A DNA stretch of 64,000 nucleotides from Candidatus Eiseniibacteriota bacterium (GTDB lineage Bacteria; Eisenbacteria; RBG-16-71-46; CAVPCR01), in contig CAVPCR010000003.1 of NCBI GenBank assembly GCA_963702435.1, positions 438,599-502,598 of the forward strand, in the 5' to 3' direction. A program made the position numbers and the translations under genes. The notes beneath the pieces are model-generated. The model saw nothing but the letters and a program-made list of their open reading frames with translations, was not told the DNA's origin and did no database searches. Each line of letters starts with the position of its first letter. The stretch's first letter is position 1. This document shows positions 40,090 to 50,673 of the stretch, piece after piece.

Positions 40090-42198
40090 CTATCCCCGCT
40101 CGAGGTCCGCCGCCCGGATGGGCAGCCGGCGCACGCGCTTCCCGGTCGCCGCGAAGACGGCGTTCAGGAGAGCGGGTGCTGCCGGCGGCACGCCGGGCTC
40201 TCCGATGCCCCCGAGCTCGGCGCCGCTCGGCGCGAGGTGCACGGCGATCGCCGGCGCCTCGTCGAGCGCGAGCATCGGGTAGTCGTCGAAGCTCGCCTGG
40301 ACCACGCGCCCCTTCTCGATCGTGATCTCCTGCTTGAGCGCCGCGCTCAGGCCGAAGAGGATGCCGCTCTCGATCTGCGCCACGACGATGTCGGGATGGA
40401 CCACCGTCCCGCAATCGACCGCGCAGACCACGCGCTCGACCCGCACCGCGCTACCCGTCACCGCCACCTCCACGCACGCGGCGACGATCGAGCCGAACGA
40501 CTCGTGCACGGCGAGCCCGCGCCCCCGCCCCGCCCCGAGCGGAGCGCCCCAGTCCGCCCTGGCCGCCGCCAGGTCGAGAACAGCCAGGTGCCGCGGCGCC
40601 CCGGCGAGGAGCACGCGCCGGAATTCGAGCGGGTCGCGCCCGGCGGCCGCCGCCACCTCGTCGAGGAAGCACTCGGTCACGAACGCGTTCTGCGAGCTCC
40701 CGACTGAGCGCCACCAGCCGACCGGAATGCCCGGGTCGTCGCGCGTGTACGCGACCTCGAGGTTCTCGATCGCGTAGGGCAGATGCCACGCTCCCTCGAG
40801 CGACGTCGGGTCGATGCCGTCCTGGATCGCCCTGGGCGCCACCCGCCCGAGGATGGCCGGACCGACGATGTGATGGGTCCAGGCGGTCAACCCGCCGCCC
40901 GAGTCGAGACCGGCGCGCAGCACGTTGTAGGTGGCCGGCCGGTAGTAGTCGTGCCGCATGTCGTCTTCGCGAGACCACACGACCTGGACCGGCGCTCCCA
41001 CCACCCTCGCGATCTCCACCGCCTCGGCCAGGAAGTCCTGCTCCGCGCGCCGCCCGAAACCGCCTCCGAGGTATGTCGTGTGCACGATGACCCGCTCGGG
41101 AGCGAGACCGGTGAGCGCCGCCGCCCTCTCCTGGGCTCCGGTCGCGCTCTGGGTCGGCACCCAGATCTCGCAGCGATCGGCGGTCACGTGCGCGGTCGCG
41201 TTCATCGGCTCCATGGTGGCGTGCGCGAGGTATGGGACCTCGTAGACCGCCTCGATCCGGCGTGCCGCGCCGGCGAGCGCCTTCGCTCCCTGCCCGCGCT
41301 CCTCGCCGATCGCGCCCGCCTCGGCGGCGAGCTCCTGCATCCGGGAGCGGATCGCGGCCGAGTCGAGATTCGCGTTCGCCCCCTCCTCCCAGCGAATCTG
41401 AAGGGCGTCCCGCCCCTTCCAGGCCGCCCAGGTGTTCTCGGCGACGACCGCGATCCCGCTCGCGATGCGCTCGACGCGGGTGACGCCGGGGATGGCGAGG
41501 GCGGGCGCCGGATCGAAGCTCGCCACGCTGCCGCCGAACACGGGACAGCGCGCGACGGCAGCGAAGAGCATCCCTGGCACGCGCACGTCGACGCCGAAGA
41601 CCGCGCTCCCGTCCACCTTGGCGGGCACATCGAGGCGCGGGGGACGCGTGCCGATGAGCCGCCAGTCAGCGGGAGCCGTGAGCGGCGGATCGTCCGGCAC
41701 CGGGAGCGCAGCGGCCTTCTCGACGATCTCGCCGTAGGCGAGACGACGGCCGCTCGGCGGGTGAACGATGGTGCCCGCCTCCGCCCGGCAACCTGCGGGA
41801 TCCACGCCCCAGGTCGCGGCCGCCGCCGCGATGAGCATCTCGCGCGCCTGCGCGCCGGCCTTGCGCAGCGGCTCCCACGAGGTGACGATCGATCGGCTCC
41901 CGCCGGTCGACATGTCGCCGTACGCGGGCGCCGGAATCGCCTGCTCGAAATGCACGTCCTTCCAGTCGACCTGGAGCTCCTCGGCAACGAGCATGGGGAG
42001 GGACGTGCGCACGCCTTGCCCCATCTCCGAACGCGCGACGAGGACGGTGACCGCGCCCTGCGGATCGACGCGGAGCCAGGCATTGGGGGCGAAGTCCCGG
42101 GCGGCGCCGGATGCGCGGCGCGCGGGCCAATGGAAACCGATCACGAGGCCGGTCGCGGCGACCGCGCTCGTGGCCAGGAAGTCGCGCCGCGTTGTCAT
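40090..42198 (-). CDS. xanthine dehydrogenase-family molybdopterin-binding subunit (IorB-like), Tat signal
   Basis: TRRDFL, SEMGQG, TGGSRS, HATMEP, GGGFGRR, WWRSVG, GEPGVPP. Confidence 0.92.
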   Translation of the reverse strand: MTTRRDFLATSAVAATGLVIGFHWPARRASGAARDFAPNAWLRVDPQGAVTVLVARSEMGQGVRTSLPMLVAEELQVDWKDVHFEQAIPAPAYGDMSTGGSRSIVTSWEPLRKAGAQAREMLIAAAAATWGVDPAGCRAEAGTIVHPPSGRRLAYGEIVEKAAALPVPDDPPLTAPADWRLIGTRPPRLDVPAKVDGSAVFGVDVRVPGMLFAAVARCPVFGGSVASFDPAPALAIPGVTRVERIASGIAVVAENTWAAWKGRDALQIRWEEGANANLDSAAIRSRMQELAAEAGAIGEERGQGAKALAGAARRIEAVYEVPYLAHATMEPMNATAHVTADRCEIWVPTQSATGAQERAAALTGLAPERVIVHTTYLGGGFGRRAEQDFLAEAVEIARVVGAPVQVVWSREDDMRHDYYRPATYNVLRAGLDSGGGLTAWTHHIVGPAILGRVAPRAIQDGIDPTSLEGAWHLPYAIENLEVAYTRDDPGIPVGWWRSVGSSQNAFVTECFLDEVAAAAGRDPLEFRRVLLAGAPRHLAVLDLAAARADWGAPLGAGRGRGLAVHESFGSIVAACVEVAVTGSAVRVERVVCAVDCGTVVHPDIVVAQIESGILFGLSAALKQEITIEKGRVVQASFDDYPMLALDEAPAIAVHLAPSGAELGGIGEPGVPPAAPALLNAVFAATGKRVRRLPIRAADLERG

Positions 42199-42662
42199 CG
42201 TCCGGCCCCTCCCCCGGCTGCACGGTGGATCGCGCGCCGGATCCCCTGGTAGGTGCCGCACCGGCAGAGGTTGCCGGAGAGGGCGCGATCGATCTCGGCG
42301 TCGGTCGGCCGCGGTGTCCTCGCGAGGAGGGCCGCCGCTGCCATGATCTGCCCCGACTGGCAGTACCCGCACTGGGGTACCTGCTCGGCGATCCACGCCG
42401 CCTGGACGGGGTGCCCCCCCCCGCCTGCGAGTCCTTCGATCGTCGTCACGCGCGCGCCCTGGGAAGCGGCGACGGTCGTCACGCAGGAGCGGGTCGCCTC
42501 GCCGTTCACGTGCACGGTGCAAGATCCGCAGAGGCCTTGACCGCAGCCGTACTTCGTCCCGGTGAGTCCGAGGTGATCGCGGAGCGCCCACAGGAGCGGC
42601 GTCTCGGGATCCACATCGAGCGCATGCTCGCGCCCGTTCACGTTGAGCTTGTAGGTGGCCAT
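42195..42662 (-). CDS. (2Fe-2S)-binding subunit (IorA/CoxS-like)
   Basis: [30 protein letters not shown]. Confidence 0.93.
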   Translation of the reverse strand: MATYKLNVNGREHALDVDPETPLLWALRDHLGLTGTKYGCGQGLCGSCTVHVNGEATRSCVTTVAASQGARVTTIEGLAGGGGHPVQAAWIAEQVPQCGYCQSGQIMAAAALLARTPRPTDAEIDRALSGNLCRCGTYQGIRRAIHRAAGGGAGR

Positions 42663-42800
42663 CCGATCCTCCCTGCCCGCGGGATCGAACCACCGGACCT
42701 GGACCACGCGCCCGCGGCGAGGCGCAGTGTACCACGGGGCGCCCGGGGACCGATCGCACGAGGAGGACGGGTGATGAAAGCGCGGCTGCGTGCTGCGCGC

Positions 42801-43007
42801 TCAGTCGCGATGCTCTGCGGGGCGGAGGCGCTCGGCTCCCGGTAAGGTGCCGATCAGGCGCGCCGGATCGTGGATGAGCACCGGCAGGTGTTCGGGACAG
42901 ATCCAGTAGGCGCCGTCCCCGTACTCGAGGCGGAGGAGCGGAGTCTCGTGGCGCGTGCGCTGGCACTGGAGACAGCGCGCAGTCTGGTCGGGTGTGGGAG
43001 TCGACAT
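42801..43007 (-). CDS. small Cys/His metal-binding protein
   Basis: CLQC...ICPEH motif; follows tRNA-Cys on the same strand. Confidence 0.6.
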   Translation of the reverse strand: MSTPTPDQTARCLQCQRTRHETPLLRLEYGDGAYWICPEHLPVLIHDPARLIGTLPGAERLRPAEHRD

Positions 43008-43053
43008 CTGAATGATCCCCGGCGAGACGCCGGCGTCCGCTCGGAAAGGAAGC

Positions 43054-43128
43054 TGGAGGCGGCAACCGGATTCGAACCGGTGAATAACGGTTTTGCAGAC
43101 CGTTGCCTTACCACTTGGCTATGCCGCC
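43054..43128 (-). tRNA. tRNA-Cys(GCA)
   Basis: GGCGGCATAGCCAAGTGGTAAGGCAACGGTCT-GCA-AAACCGTTATTCACCGGTTCGAATCCGGTTGCCGCCTCCA. Confidence 0.97.
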
Positions 43129-43173
43129 TCGCACGCGTGGGTGACCAGCATACCAGACCCGAGTCCCACCCCG

Positions 43174-44758
43174 TCAAGGCCGCGGCGCAGGCCGGGACGC
43201 ATCGCTCGCGGCCGCCCCGGCCACCGCCCTAGGCAGGTAGAGGTAACGGGGCACGCGGAGCCAGTCGAGCGTCGAGTCGGCGGGTCGGATCTCACGCGCG
43301 AGAACATAGTGATCGTGCACGATCTGGTGGAAGCGGCGGCCCGAGGCGGTGCGCGCGTGCATGCCGCGCTCGACCGTTTCCGCAAGGATGATCGCCGCGT
43401 AGCGTTCGCCGGCGACGCGGTCGACGAGATCCGGGGGCAGGTCGAGCCCCTCGAAGCTCAGCCAGAAGATCGACCCGCCGTCGGCGTTCAGCGGCTTCCC
43501 GGCGAGCCGCAAGTAGTACGGATCGTCGAGCGCGAACACGTCGCCGCGAATCGCCGCGATCTCTGCGACGACCTGCCGCTGTACGTCGCGGACATGATCC
43601 GGAATGAGGGCGCGCGACGGATGGGGCCAGAGGAAATACTGGACGAAGAAGAGCCCGAGCATGAGGCCGAGAAGCCGCGGCTGACCGTGCTGATTCAACC
43701 GTTGCTGCCGATCGAGATCGCCGAGGGCGAAACCGCCGAGCACGAGCGCGAAGAGGACCACCGGATTGAAGTGGTTCGCGTCTCCGCCCTCCTTGATCAT
43801 GGCGAGGACCGCATTGAAGAAGAAGGCGCCGAGGAGGAGGATCCAGGCCGAGGTGAGCGGAACGAAACGGTGCCGGCGGACCTCTCCGGCGAGCCAGATG
43901 ACGGCGAACAGGAGCGGGATCCAGAAGTTGGCGAGGATCCTCTCGAGGATGAGCGGCAGGCGGTGGTAATGCATCGGGTAGTCCCCGAGCGTGGTCCAGG
44001 TGGTGCGGAGGTACCAGCCGCCCGTCGCGCGGTCGAGGAGGACGAAGCCGGGAACGGTCGCGGCGACCACGACGGCCAGGAACGCAGCCGCCTGCCGCCG
44101 CGTGAGGCGAACGAGATGCAGGAAGCCGACGGCGACGATGGCGAGCCCCTGCTGACGCGTCAGCAGGGAGCGCGGCGAGGATCGCCGCCGTGACGGTTCG
44201 CCACAGGACAGCGGGGCCGGTCACGACGAACACGCTCGCGAGCCCGCAGCAGAGGAAGATCATGTCGTTCCGCGCCAGGTCGTACCACGAGCCGCAGGCC
44301 ACGTAGACGTCGAGGAAGGCAGCGGCCACGGCAGCCGCCGCGACCAGGCTCCGGGTCTGGCGGTGGACGATGAGCCCCATGAGCAGGACGACGCCGAGGG
44401 TGGCGACGACCGACGCCGCGCGGGCCGCCGGGAGTCCGGGGCCGAAGAGCTTCATCGCCGCTCCCTGCACCCAGTAGCCGAGCGGCGGATAGAGAGCCGG
44501 GATGAAATCGGCGGAGGGCGGAACGTAGATCGCGAGACCGTCGTAGTGCCGCAGCGCATGTGCGACGACGGCGCCCTCCATCCATTCGACGGGATAGGGA
44601 TCGCGAACGCGGATGAGGACGACATGAGCCCACTCAGCGGCGCTGAACAGGGCGACCAACAGGACGGCGAGGCGAAGAACGGTGAAGAGCGGACTCCTCG
44701 CGTGCGCTTCCCGCAGGGACGCGGGATCCGGGAGAACGGGAGGGCGATCCATGGCCAT
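43174..44758 (-). CDS. ArnT/GT39-like (GT-C) membrane glycosyltransferase, frameshifted near 44165
   Basis: YPVEWMEG, LYPPLGYW and WYDLARNDM lie in one frame; LTRQQG and KEGGDANH lie in another. Confidence 0.7.
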
Positions 44759-44813
44759 GGGAGGATCTCCAGAAGCGACGCGACCCCTGCGCTCGGGTGC
44801 CGGCGGCCGGCCC

Positions 44814-47597
44814 TCACCGCAAGCCCGCGACCTGGTACAGGTCGTCGAGCCAGCGAAAGTAGTTGTACGCGTAGCTCGTGCCGTCCGGGGCGAGGACCGC
44901 ATTGAGCACCAGGATGCCGGCGGGATCCGGGGTCTTGAACTCGCGCCACGCGAGCCGCTCGCCGGTCGCGCGCCGGACCTGCGTCACGACCAGGCTCGGC
45001 CCGCTCTGCCCCACGTAGATGGCTTCTCCGTCCGCGGTCCACTGGATCGGGAACTCGGCGAGCGAGAGCGCGGCGACCGGTTCCGGCGCGCCGCCCGCAA
45101 CCACCGGACAGGCGAGGAGCTCCTGGCCGGTGCGGCTCCGCCGCGTCGCGATCACGAAACGGCCGTCCGGAGAGACCGGTCCCGGGAAGAACCCCTCGGC
45201 AGTCAGCGCCACCGGCGCGCCGCCCGCGATCTCCTGGCGGTAGATCCGGAAGCCGCGGTCCTTCTCCGCCCCCCCGAAGATGAGCGCGGTCGCGTCGGGG
45301 AGCCAGTCGGCGCTCACGTAGCTCTCGATGCCGTCGGGCCGGAGCGCGGTCGAATCGCCGGCCCCCGTCGGCAGGAGGAAGAGCCGCTGCGGCGTGCCGA
45401 AGCGCACAGCGGCCACCCATCGATCGTCCGGCGACAGCGACTGCGGCGCGCCCTCGCCGAGACGCACGGCAGGGCCGCCGTCCATGCCCCGCAGGCACAC
45501 CGAATAGAAGGGCCCGCCGGCGATCATCTGCTCGGAGAAGAGCAGCGTGCGGCCGTCCCGCGAGATATCGGTCGCGTTCGACCAGTCGAACCACCCGAGC
45601 TCGCGCTCCTCGTCGCCGGGAGCACAGCCGCGAATGCCCACCTGGATGTGCTCGCGCACGAGGAGCACGTGCCCGTCGAGAGCGATGTCGTGCAGCGCCA
45701 TCCGCCCCGGGTGACGCTGGATCAGACGCTCGCGCCCGTCCGGGCGCAGGCCGACGATATCGGTGGCGCGCGAGTCGTCGAGGGCGCTGAACCATACCTC
45801 GCGGCCGGTCGCCGACCAGGCGACCCCCGAGATGTGATTCCACTCCCGCGTGCGCGCGAGCACCTGGCCGGTCACGCTCAGGATGACCACGCTCCCGCGG
45901 GTGTCCGGGCCGGCCGGGTTCTCGGCGAAGGCGAGCCACTTCCCGCTCGGCGACGCGCAGAGGAACCGGATCCAAGCCGTGGTCTCGTAGCGGACGTGTC
46001 CCGGCGGCATCTCGAGCGTGACCATGCCGTCGACCCAGTGCGAGACCGCGAGCGTCGTGCCGTCGGCGCCCCAATCGGCCCACATCACGCCGTCGAGAAT
46101 GCGCCGCGGCACCCCGCCCGACATCGGCACCTCGGCCACGGTGCCCCAGTTCGAGCCCTGGAAGTTGTCGACCTCGCCGAGGGACACCACCATCTGCCCG
46201 GTCTTCGACACGGCGAGGAGGTTCATCGCCGGGAGCCCCACCGGACGCCAGTTCGGAAAGCCGGGCCGCACCTCGTAGATCTCCATGGGCCGGCCACCCC
46301 AGGCCGCGGAGTAGAAGACGGTGTTCCCGTCGGGCGAGAACCGCGCGTTGTAGACGCGGCCGCGCTCGACCGTGATCCGATCGTAGGTGACCGCGGTGGG
46401 CGATCCGCCCGGCGGCCAGCCCGCAAGCCGGAGCAGCACGCCGAGCGCGGCGGCGCCGGCGAGGAGGGCGAGCGCCATGGCGATCCGGCGCCGGAGCGTC
46501 CTCCGCCCGCGCGCCTTCGCGCCGGCGCCCGGGCCGGCGTCGATCAGCGCTTCGAGATCGAACGCGAGATCGCGCGCCGACTGGAAACGCTCCTCGGGAT
46601 TCTTCTCGAGGCAATGTCGAACCACGCGGTCGAGCGCCGGGGGAATGTCGCCGAGCGCGGCGGCGAGCGGCGGCGGCTCATCCTTGAGAATCGCGTGCTG
46701 GGTCTCGACCGAGGAGTCGCCCTGGAAAGCGCGCCGCCCGGTGAGCATCTCGTAGAGGATGGCGCCCAGCGCGAACAGGTCCGAGCGCTGGTCGGCCGGC
46801 AGTCCCCGCACCTGCTCGGGCGACATGTAGCCGACCGTGCCGAGAACCGCACCGTGCTCGGTCAGGGCGGGGCCGCTCTCCCCGGTGTCACCGCGGGGCC
46901 CGGGCCGCGTCAGCTTCGCGATCCCGAAGTCGAGGACCTTGACGACGCCGTCCCTGGTCAGGAACAGGTTCTCCGGCTTGACGTCGCGATGCACGATGCC
47001 CTGATCGTGCGCGGCGGCGAGCCCGCGCGCCGCCTGGGCCGCATGGTCGAGGGCCTTCCGCGCCGGCAACCGCCCTCGCGCGAGCCGCTCGCGAAGCGAT
47101 TCGCCGGCGAGGAACTCCATGACGACGAACGGCATCCCCTCGTGGGTGCCCACGTCGTGGATGGCGACCACGTTCGGGTGGGCCAGCGCCCCCGCGGCGC
47201 GGGCCTCCTGCTCGAAGCGCCGCATCCGATCGGCGTCGCCGGTCAGCGCCGGCGAGATGACCTTGAGCGCCACCTGGCGGCCGAGGCGCAGATCGCGGGC
47301 GCGGTAGACCACCCCCATGCCGCCCTCGCCGACCACCGCGAGCACCTCGTAGTGGGCCACGGTCTGGCCGACCAGATGGGCGGGCTCGCGCGCGGCGCGC
47401 AGACCCGTGACGAACGGGGAGCCGGTCTTGAGGATCGCCCGCGTGTCCAGGTCGTGGGCGAGAGTCGCCTCGACCTCGCGGCGCATCTCGGAGTCGTCGT
47501 GGCAGGCGGCATCGAGGTAGGCGCGCCGCTCATCCGCCGGGAGATCGGCGACCGCGAGGAGGATCTCCTTCAGCCGCGCGAAGCGCTCGGGTTTCAC
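44814..47597 (-). CDS. Hanks-type Ser/Thr protein kinase with a TM segment and a TolB/WD40-like propeller
   Basis: GEGGMGVVY, VALK, HRDVKPEN, DFG, YMSPEQ; SPDG repeats; GTGA overlap with the ECF gene. Confidence 0.92.
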   Translation of the reverse strand: MKPERFARLKEILLAVADLPADERRAYLDAACHDDSEMRREVEATLAHDLDTRAILKTGSPFVTGLRAAREPAHLVGQTVAHYEVLAVVGEGGMGVVYRARDLRLGRQVALKVISPALTGDADRMRRFEQEARAAGALAHPNVVAIHDVGTHEGMPFVVMEFLAGESLRERLARGRLPARKALDHAAQAARGLAAAHDQGIVHRDVKPENLFLTRDGVVKVLDFGIAKLTRPGPRGDTGESGPALTEHGAVLGTVGYMSPEQVRGLPADQRSDLFALGAILYEMLTGRRAFQGDSSVETQHAILKDEPPPLAAALGDIPPALDRVVRHCLEKNPEERFQSARDLAFDLEALIDAGPGAGAKARGRRTLRRRIAMALALLAGAAALGVLLRLAGWPPGGSPTAVTYDRITVERGRVYNARFSPDGNTVFYSAAWGGRPMEIYEVRPGFPNWRPVGLPAMNLLAVSKTGQMVVSLGEVDNFQGSNWGTVAEVPMSGGVPRRILDGVMWADWGADGTTLAVSHWVDGMVTLEMPPGHVRYETTAWIRFLCASPSGKWLAFAENPAGPDTRGSVVILSVTGQVLARTREWNHISGVAWSATGREVWFSALDDSRATDIVGLRPDGRERLIQRHPGRMALHDIALDGHVLLVREHIQVGIRGCAPGDEERELGWFDWSNATDISRDGRTLLFSEQMIAGGPFYSVCLRGMDGGPAVRLGEGAPQSLSPDDRWVAAVRFGTPQRLFLLPTGAGDSTALRPDGIESYVSADWLPDATALIFGGAEKDRGFRIYRQEIAGGAPVALTAEGFFPGPVSPDGRFVIATRRSRTGQELLACPVVAGGAPEPVAALSLAEFPIQWTADGEAIYVGQSGPSLVVTQVRRATGERLAWREFKTPDPAGILVLNAVLAPDGTSYAYNYFRWLDDLYQVAGLR

Positions 47598-48190
47598 GCC
47601 GCGCCGCCCGCGGCCAGGGCCCGGGCCAGCCACATCTTGCCCACGCGCCAGTCATCCGCCACCGTGCGTTCGGAAACGTGGAGAAGGTGACCGATCTCCT
47701 TGACGCTCAGGCCGGCGAAGAGGCGGAGCTCGATCACCCGCGCCGTTCGCTCGTCCATCGTGGCAAGACGCGTCAGCGCCCCGTCGAGGTCGAGCATCTC
47801 GATCGCCGAGAGATCCGGGGCCCCGATCTGCTCGTCGAGGGTCACCCGCTCCCAGCCGCCGCCACGCTTCTCCGCGGAATGCCGCCGGGCGTGCTCGACC
47901 AGGATCCGCCGCATGGCCTTGGCCGCGATCCCGAAGAAGTGCGCCCGGCTCTGCCAGGCGATCGTGGTGCCGTCGACGAGGCGCAGGTAGGTCTCGTTGA
48001 CGAGGGCGGTGGGCTCGAGGGTGTGGTCGGAGCGCTCGCCCTGCATGAGGCCGGTTGCGATCCGGCAGAGCTCGCCGTAGACCGCCTCGAACAGACGATC
48101 GGTGACCTGCGCGGGAGCTGCGCCCTCCCGTTCCAGGTTCTGGAGAATCTGTGTGATCTCGCTCCTGGGGGTCTCGGTCATCGCGGCCAT
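47594..48190 (-). CDS. ECF sigma factor, kinase-associated (TIGR02999-like)
   Basis: HTLEPTALVNETYLRL, RAHFFGIAAKAMRRILVEHAR, KRGGG, IELRLFAGLS. Confidence 0.9.
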   Translation of the reverse strand: MAAMTETPRSEITQILQNLEREGAAPAQVTDRLFEAVYGELCRIATGLMQGERSDHTLEPTALVNETYLRLVDGTTIAWQSRAHFFGIAAKAMRRILVEHARRHSAEKRGGGWERVTLDEQIGAPDLSAIEMLDLDGALTRLATMDERTARVIELRLFAGLSVKEIGHLLHVSERTVADDWRVGKMWLARALAAGGAA

Positions 48191-48511
48191 CCCCTTGGCG
48201 CCTGGCCCGCGGCCGGAGCCAACCTGGATCGGGACTGCTGACCATGAGCATACGCCGGGAGCTAACTGCTTGCAATGACGACTGCTAGCTTCACGGCCGG
48301 CGGGGAAGCGAAGTCCCGTCCGGGCGACCCCGAAATCGTTGCAGGTTCGGGCGCCGGATTTCGCATGTAGGGGTGGCGACGGACGCAGTGCAGATGGGCC
48401 GCGGTCGCCCTCGGGACGCGCCGCCGACGGCTACGCCGGACGGCTGGCCGCGCGGACCGAGGGCGACCTCTGCATTGCAGGGACCCATCCGCCCGAGCGG
48501 TTCCGGCCGCC

Positions 48512-50668
48512 CTACGCCGCGAGGGCCGCGGCGTCGGTGATCGGCGGGTAGAGCGCTCCCCGACCTAGCTTCATGAGCGCGGCCAGATCCTCTGCCGGCA
48601 TGGGCCTTGCGAACAGGAAGCCCTGCATGATGAAGCAGCCGCACGCCAGCAGGATGTCCCGCTGCTCTGCCGTCTCCACGCCCTCGGCGACCGGCTCGAC
48701 GCCGAGGCCGTGGGCCAGGGCCACGATTCCCGCCGCCAGCGTCGCCCCGCGCTCGCTCGTCGCAATGTCCCGGACGAATGAGCGATCGATCTTCAGGACA
48801 TCGATGGTGAACCGCTTCAGATAGCTGAGCGATGAGTAGCCCGTCCCGAAGTCATCGATCGCGATGCGGAATCCGAGCGCCCTGAGCGCCCCGAGCGTGC
48901 GCTCTCCAGCCGCCAGGTCCTCGATGAGGACGCCTTCGGTGACCTCGAGCATGAAGTTCCCGGGGGCCAATCCCGCGCTGCGCACGACCGACGAGACCGC
49001 CGCCACCAGATTCGGATTCCGGAACTGATGGGCCGAGATGTTGATCGAGGCGTAGAGCGGGAGCAGCCCTTGTTCACCCCACGATCGCAGGTCGTTGCAG
49101 ACGCGGCGCATGGTGTGCTCGGTCAGCTCGCCGATCACTCCGAGGCGCTCGGCGAGCGGGACGAACCGCTCCGGGCTGATCGAGCCCAGCTGCGGGTGAC
49201 ACCACCGGGTGAGCGCCTCGGCCCCTATGATGCGGCCGTCGCGGGCGTCGACCAGCGGCTGGTAGTGGACGCTCATCTCATCGGTTCCCAGCGACTTGCG
49301 CAACCCTGCCTCGAGCACGAGGCGCACCATGGTCTGCTCGTTCATCGCCGAGCTGTAGAAGGCAAAGGTGTTGCGGCCGGCTTCCTTGGCCTGGTGGAGG
49401 GCGATATCCGCGTGCTGGACCAGGTCGGCTGGCGCGGTCGCATCGTCCGGAAACAGGCTGATGCCGATGCTGCCCGACAGGAAGATCTCCTGCCCGGCGT
49501 GCTCGATCGGTGCCTGCAGGGCCTCCAGGATCCGCGCCGCAACGGCCGCCGCGTCCTCACCTCCCGCGATCTCGCTCAGCGCGAACAGGAACTCGTCGCC
49601 CCCCCAGCGCGCCACCGTGCTCGTAGCGCCGCCCGGGGTTGCTCGAGTCACTTCGTCCTGCACGCGCACGACCTCCCGCAGCCGCCGCCCCACCTCGACG
49701 AGCACGAAATCCCCGGCGCTATGACCGAGCGATTCGTTCACCCGCCGGAAATCGTTCAGGTCCAGGAGCATGGCCGCCAGCTTTCTGCGGCGCCGCGTCG
49801 ACTGGGCGATCGCGGCGCGCAGCCGGTCGTCGAAGTGAAGCCGGTTCGGCAAGCCGGTCACCGCATCCTGATAGGCGAGCCGCTGCACCCGCTCCTCCGA
49901 GCGGACATCGGCCGTCACGTCCTGGACTGTTCCCCGCAGGGAGAGGCGGCCGGATCCGTCCCGCACGGCTTCTCCGCGCAGGTGCACGAACCGGGGATCG
50001 TCCCCGACCACCCGATGCCGGCAGTCGAGGTCCCGCTCGCCGGAGGCCAGCAGCTCGAATGCACGGCGGACACTGCTGCGCTCGTCTTCCCGCACGCAGG
50101 CCAGGTAATCCTCGAGAGTCGTATCCGACCTGAGAGCAAGGCCGAGCAGGACGCCGACCTGGGACGATCCGACGAAGCCGCGATGCTCCACCTCGAGCTC
50201 CCAGTGGCCGAGCCGCGCGATGCGCTGCGCCTCGGCCAGGCGCATCTCGCTCTGCCGGAGCGCGGCGAGCGTGGCGCTCGCCCGCATCATGAAGTGAACC
50301 CGGTGCACGAGCAGGGCGGGGCTGATCGGCTTGGTGGCGAAATCGGTGGCGCCGGCCTCGAACGACATGCGGAACGTGTGCACGTCGTCGAGACTGGTGA
50401 GCATGAGCACCGGCACATCGGCCCATTCCGGGCGAGCCCGCAGCCGCCGGCAGGTTTCGTAGCCGTCCAGATTCGGCATCATCACGTCCAGAATGACGAG
50501 ATCTGGTGGCTTCTCCTGGGCCAGGGCCACCGCTGCGGCCCCGTCCTCGACTTCGGTGACGTCGAATGCTTCCTGTCCCAGCACGCTACTGAGCAGCAGC
50601 CGAAACGTGGGGTCGTCGTCGACGATGAGCACCCGGGGCCGCCTCCGCCCATGGTAGTGGCCGGACAT
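48512..50668 (-). CDS. REC-PAS-GGDEF-EAL response regulator
   Basis: [36 protein letters not shown]. Confidence 0.92.
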   Translation of the reverse strand: MSGHYHGRRRPRVLIVDDDPTFRLLLSSVLGQEAFDVTEVEDGAAAVALAQEKPPDLVILDVMMPNLDGYETCRRLRARPEWADVPVLMLTSLDDVHTFRMSFEAGATDFATKPISPALLVHRVHFMMRASATLAALRQSEMRLAEAQRIARLGHWELEVEHRGFVGSSQVGVLLGLALRSDTTLEDYLACVREDERSSVRRAFELLASGERDLDCRHRVVGDDPRFVHLRGEAVRDGSGRLSLRGTVQDVTADVRSEERVQRLAYQDAVTGLPNRLHFDDRLRAAIAQSTRRRRKLAAMLLDLNDFRRVNESLGHSAGDFVLVEVGRRLREVVRVQDEVTRATPGGATSTVARWGGDEFLFALSEIAGGEDAAAVAARILEALQAPIEHAGQEIFLSGSIGISLFPDDATAPADLVQHADIALHQAKEAGRNTFAFYSSAMNEQTMVRLVLEAGLRKSLGTDEMSVHYQPLVDARDGRIIGAEALTRWCHPQLGSISPERFVPLAERLGVIGELTEHTMRRVCNDLRSWGEQGLLPLYASINISAHQFRNPNLVAAVSSVVRSAGLAPGNFMLEVTEGVLIEDLAAGERTLGALRALGFRIAIDDFGTGYSSLSYLKRFTIDVLKIDRSFVRDIATSERGATLAAGIVALAHGLGVEPVAEGVETAEQRDILLACGCFIMQGFLFARPMPAEDLAALMKLGRGALYPPITDAAALAA

Positions 50669-50673
50669 GGGTG

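Noticed and set aside
40090..43065. 991-aa ORF for the molybdoenzyme large subunit
   Set aside because: The real start is MTTRRDFL at 42198; the extension overlaps the 2Fe-2S gene and a small gene.
39968..43128. tRNA-Leu and tRNA-Cys as genomic-island integration sites
   Set aside because: No integrase and no duplicated tRNA 3' end found.
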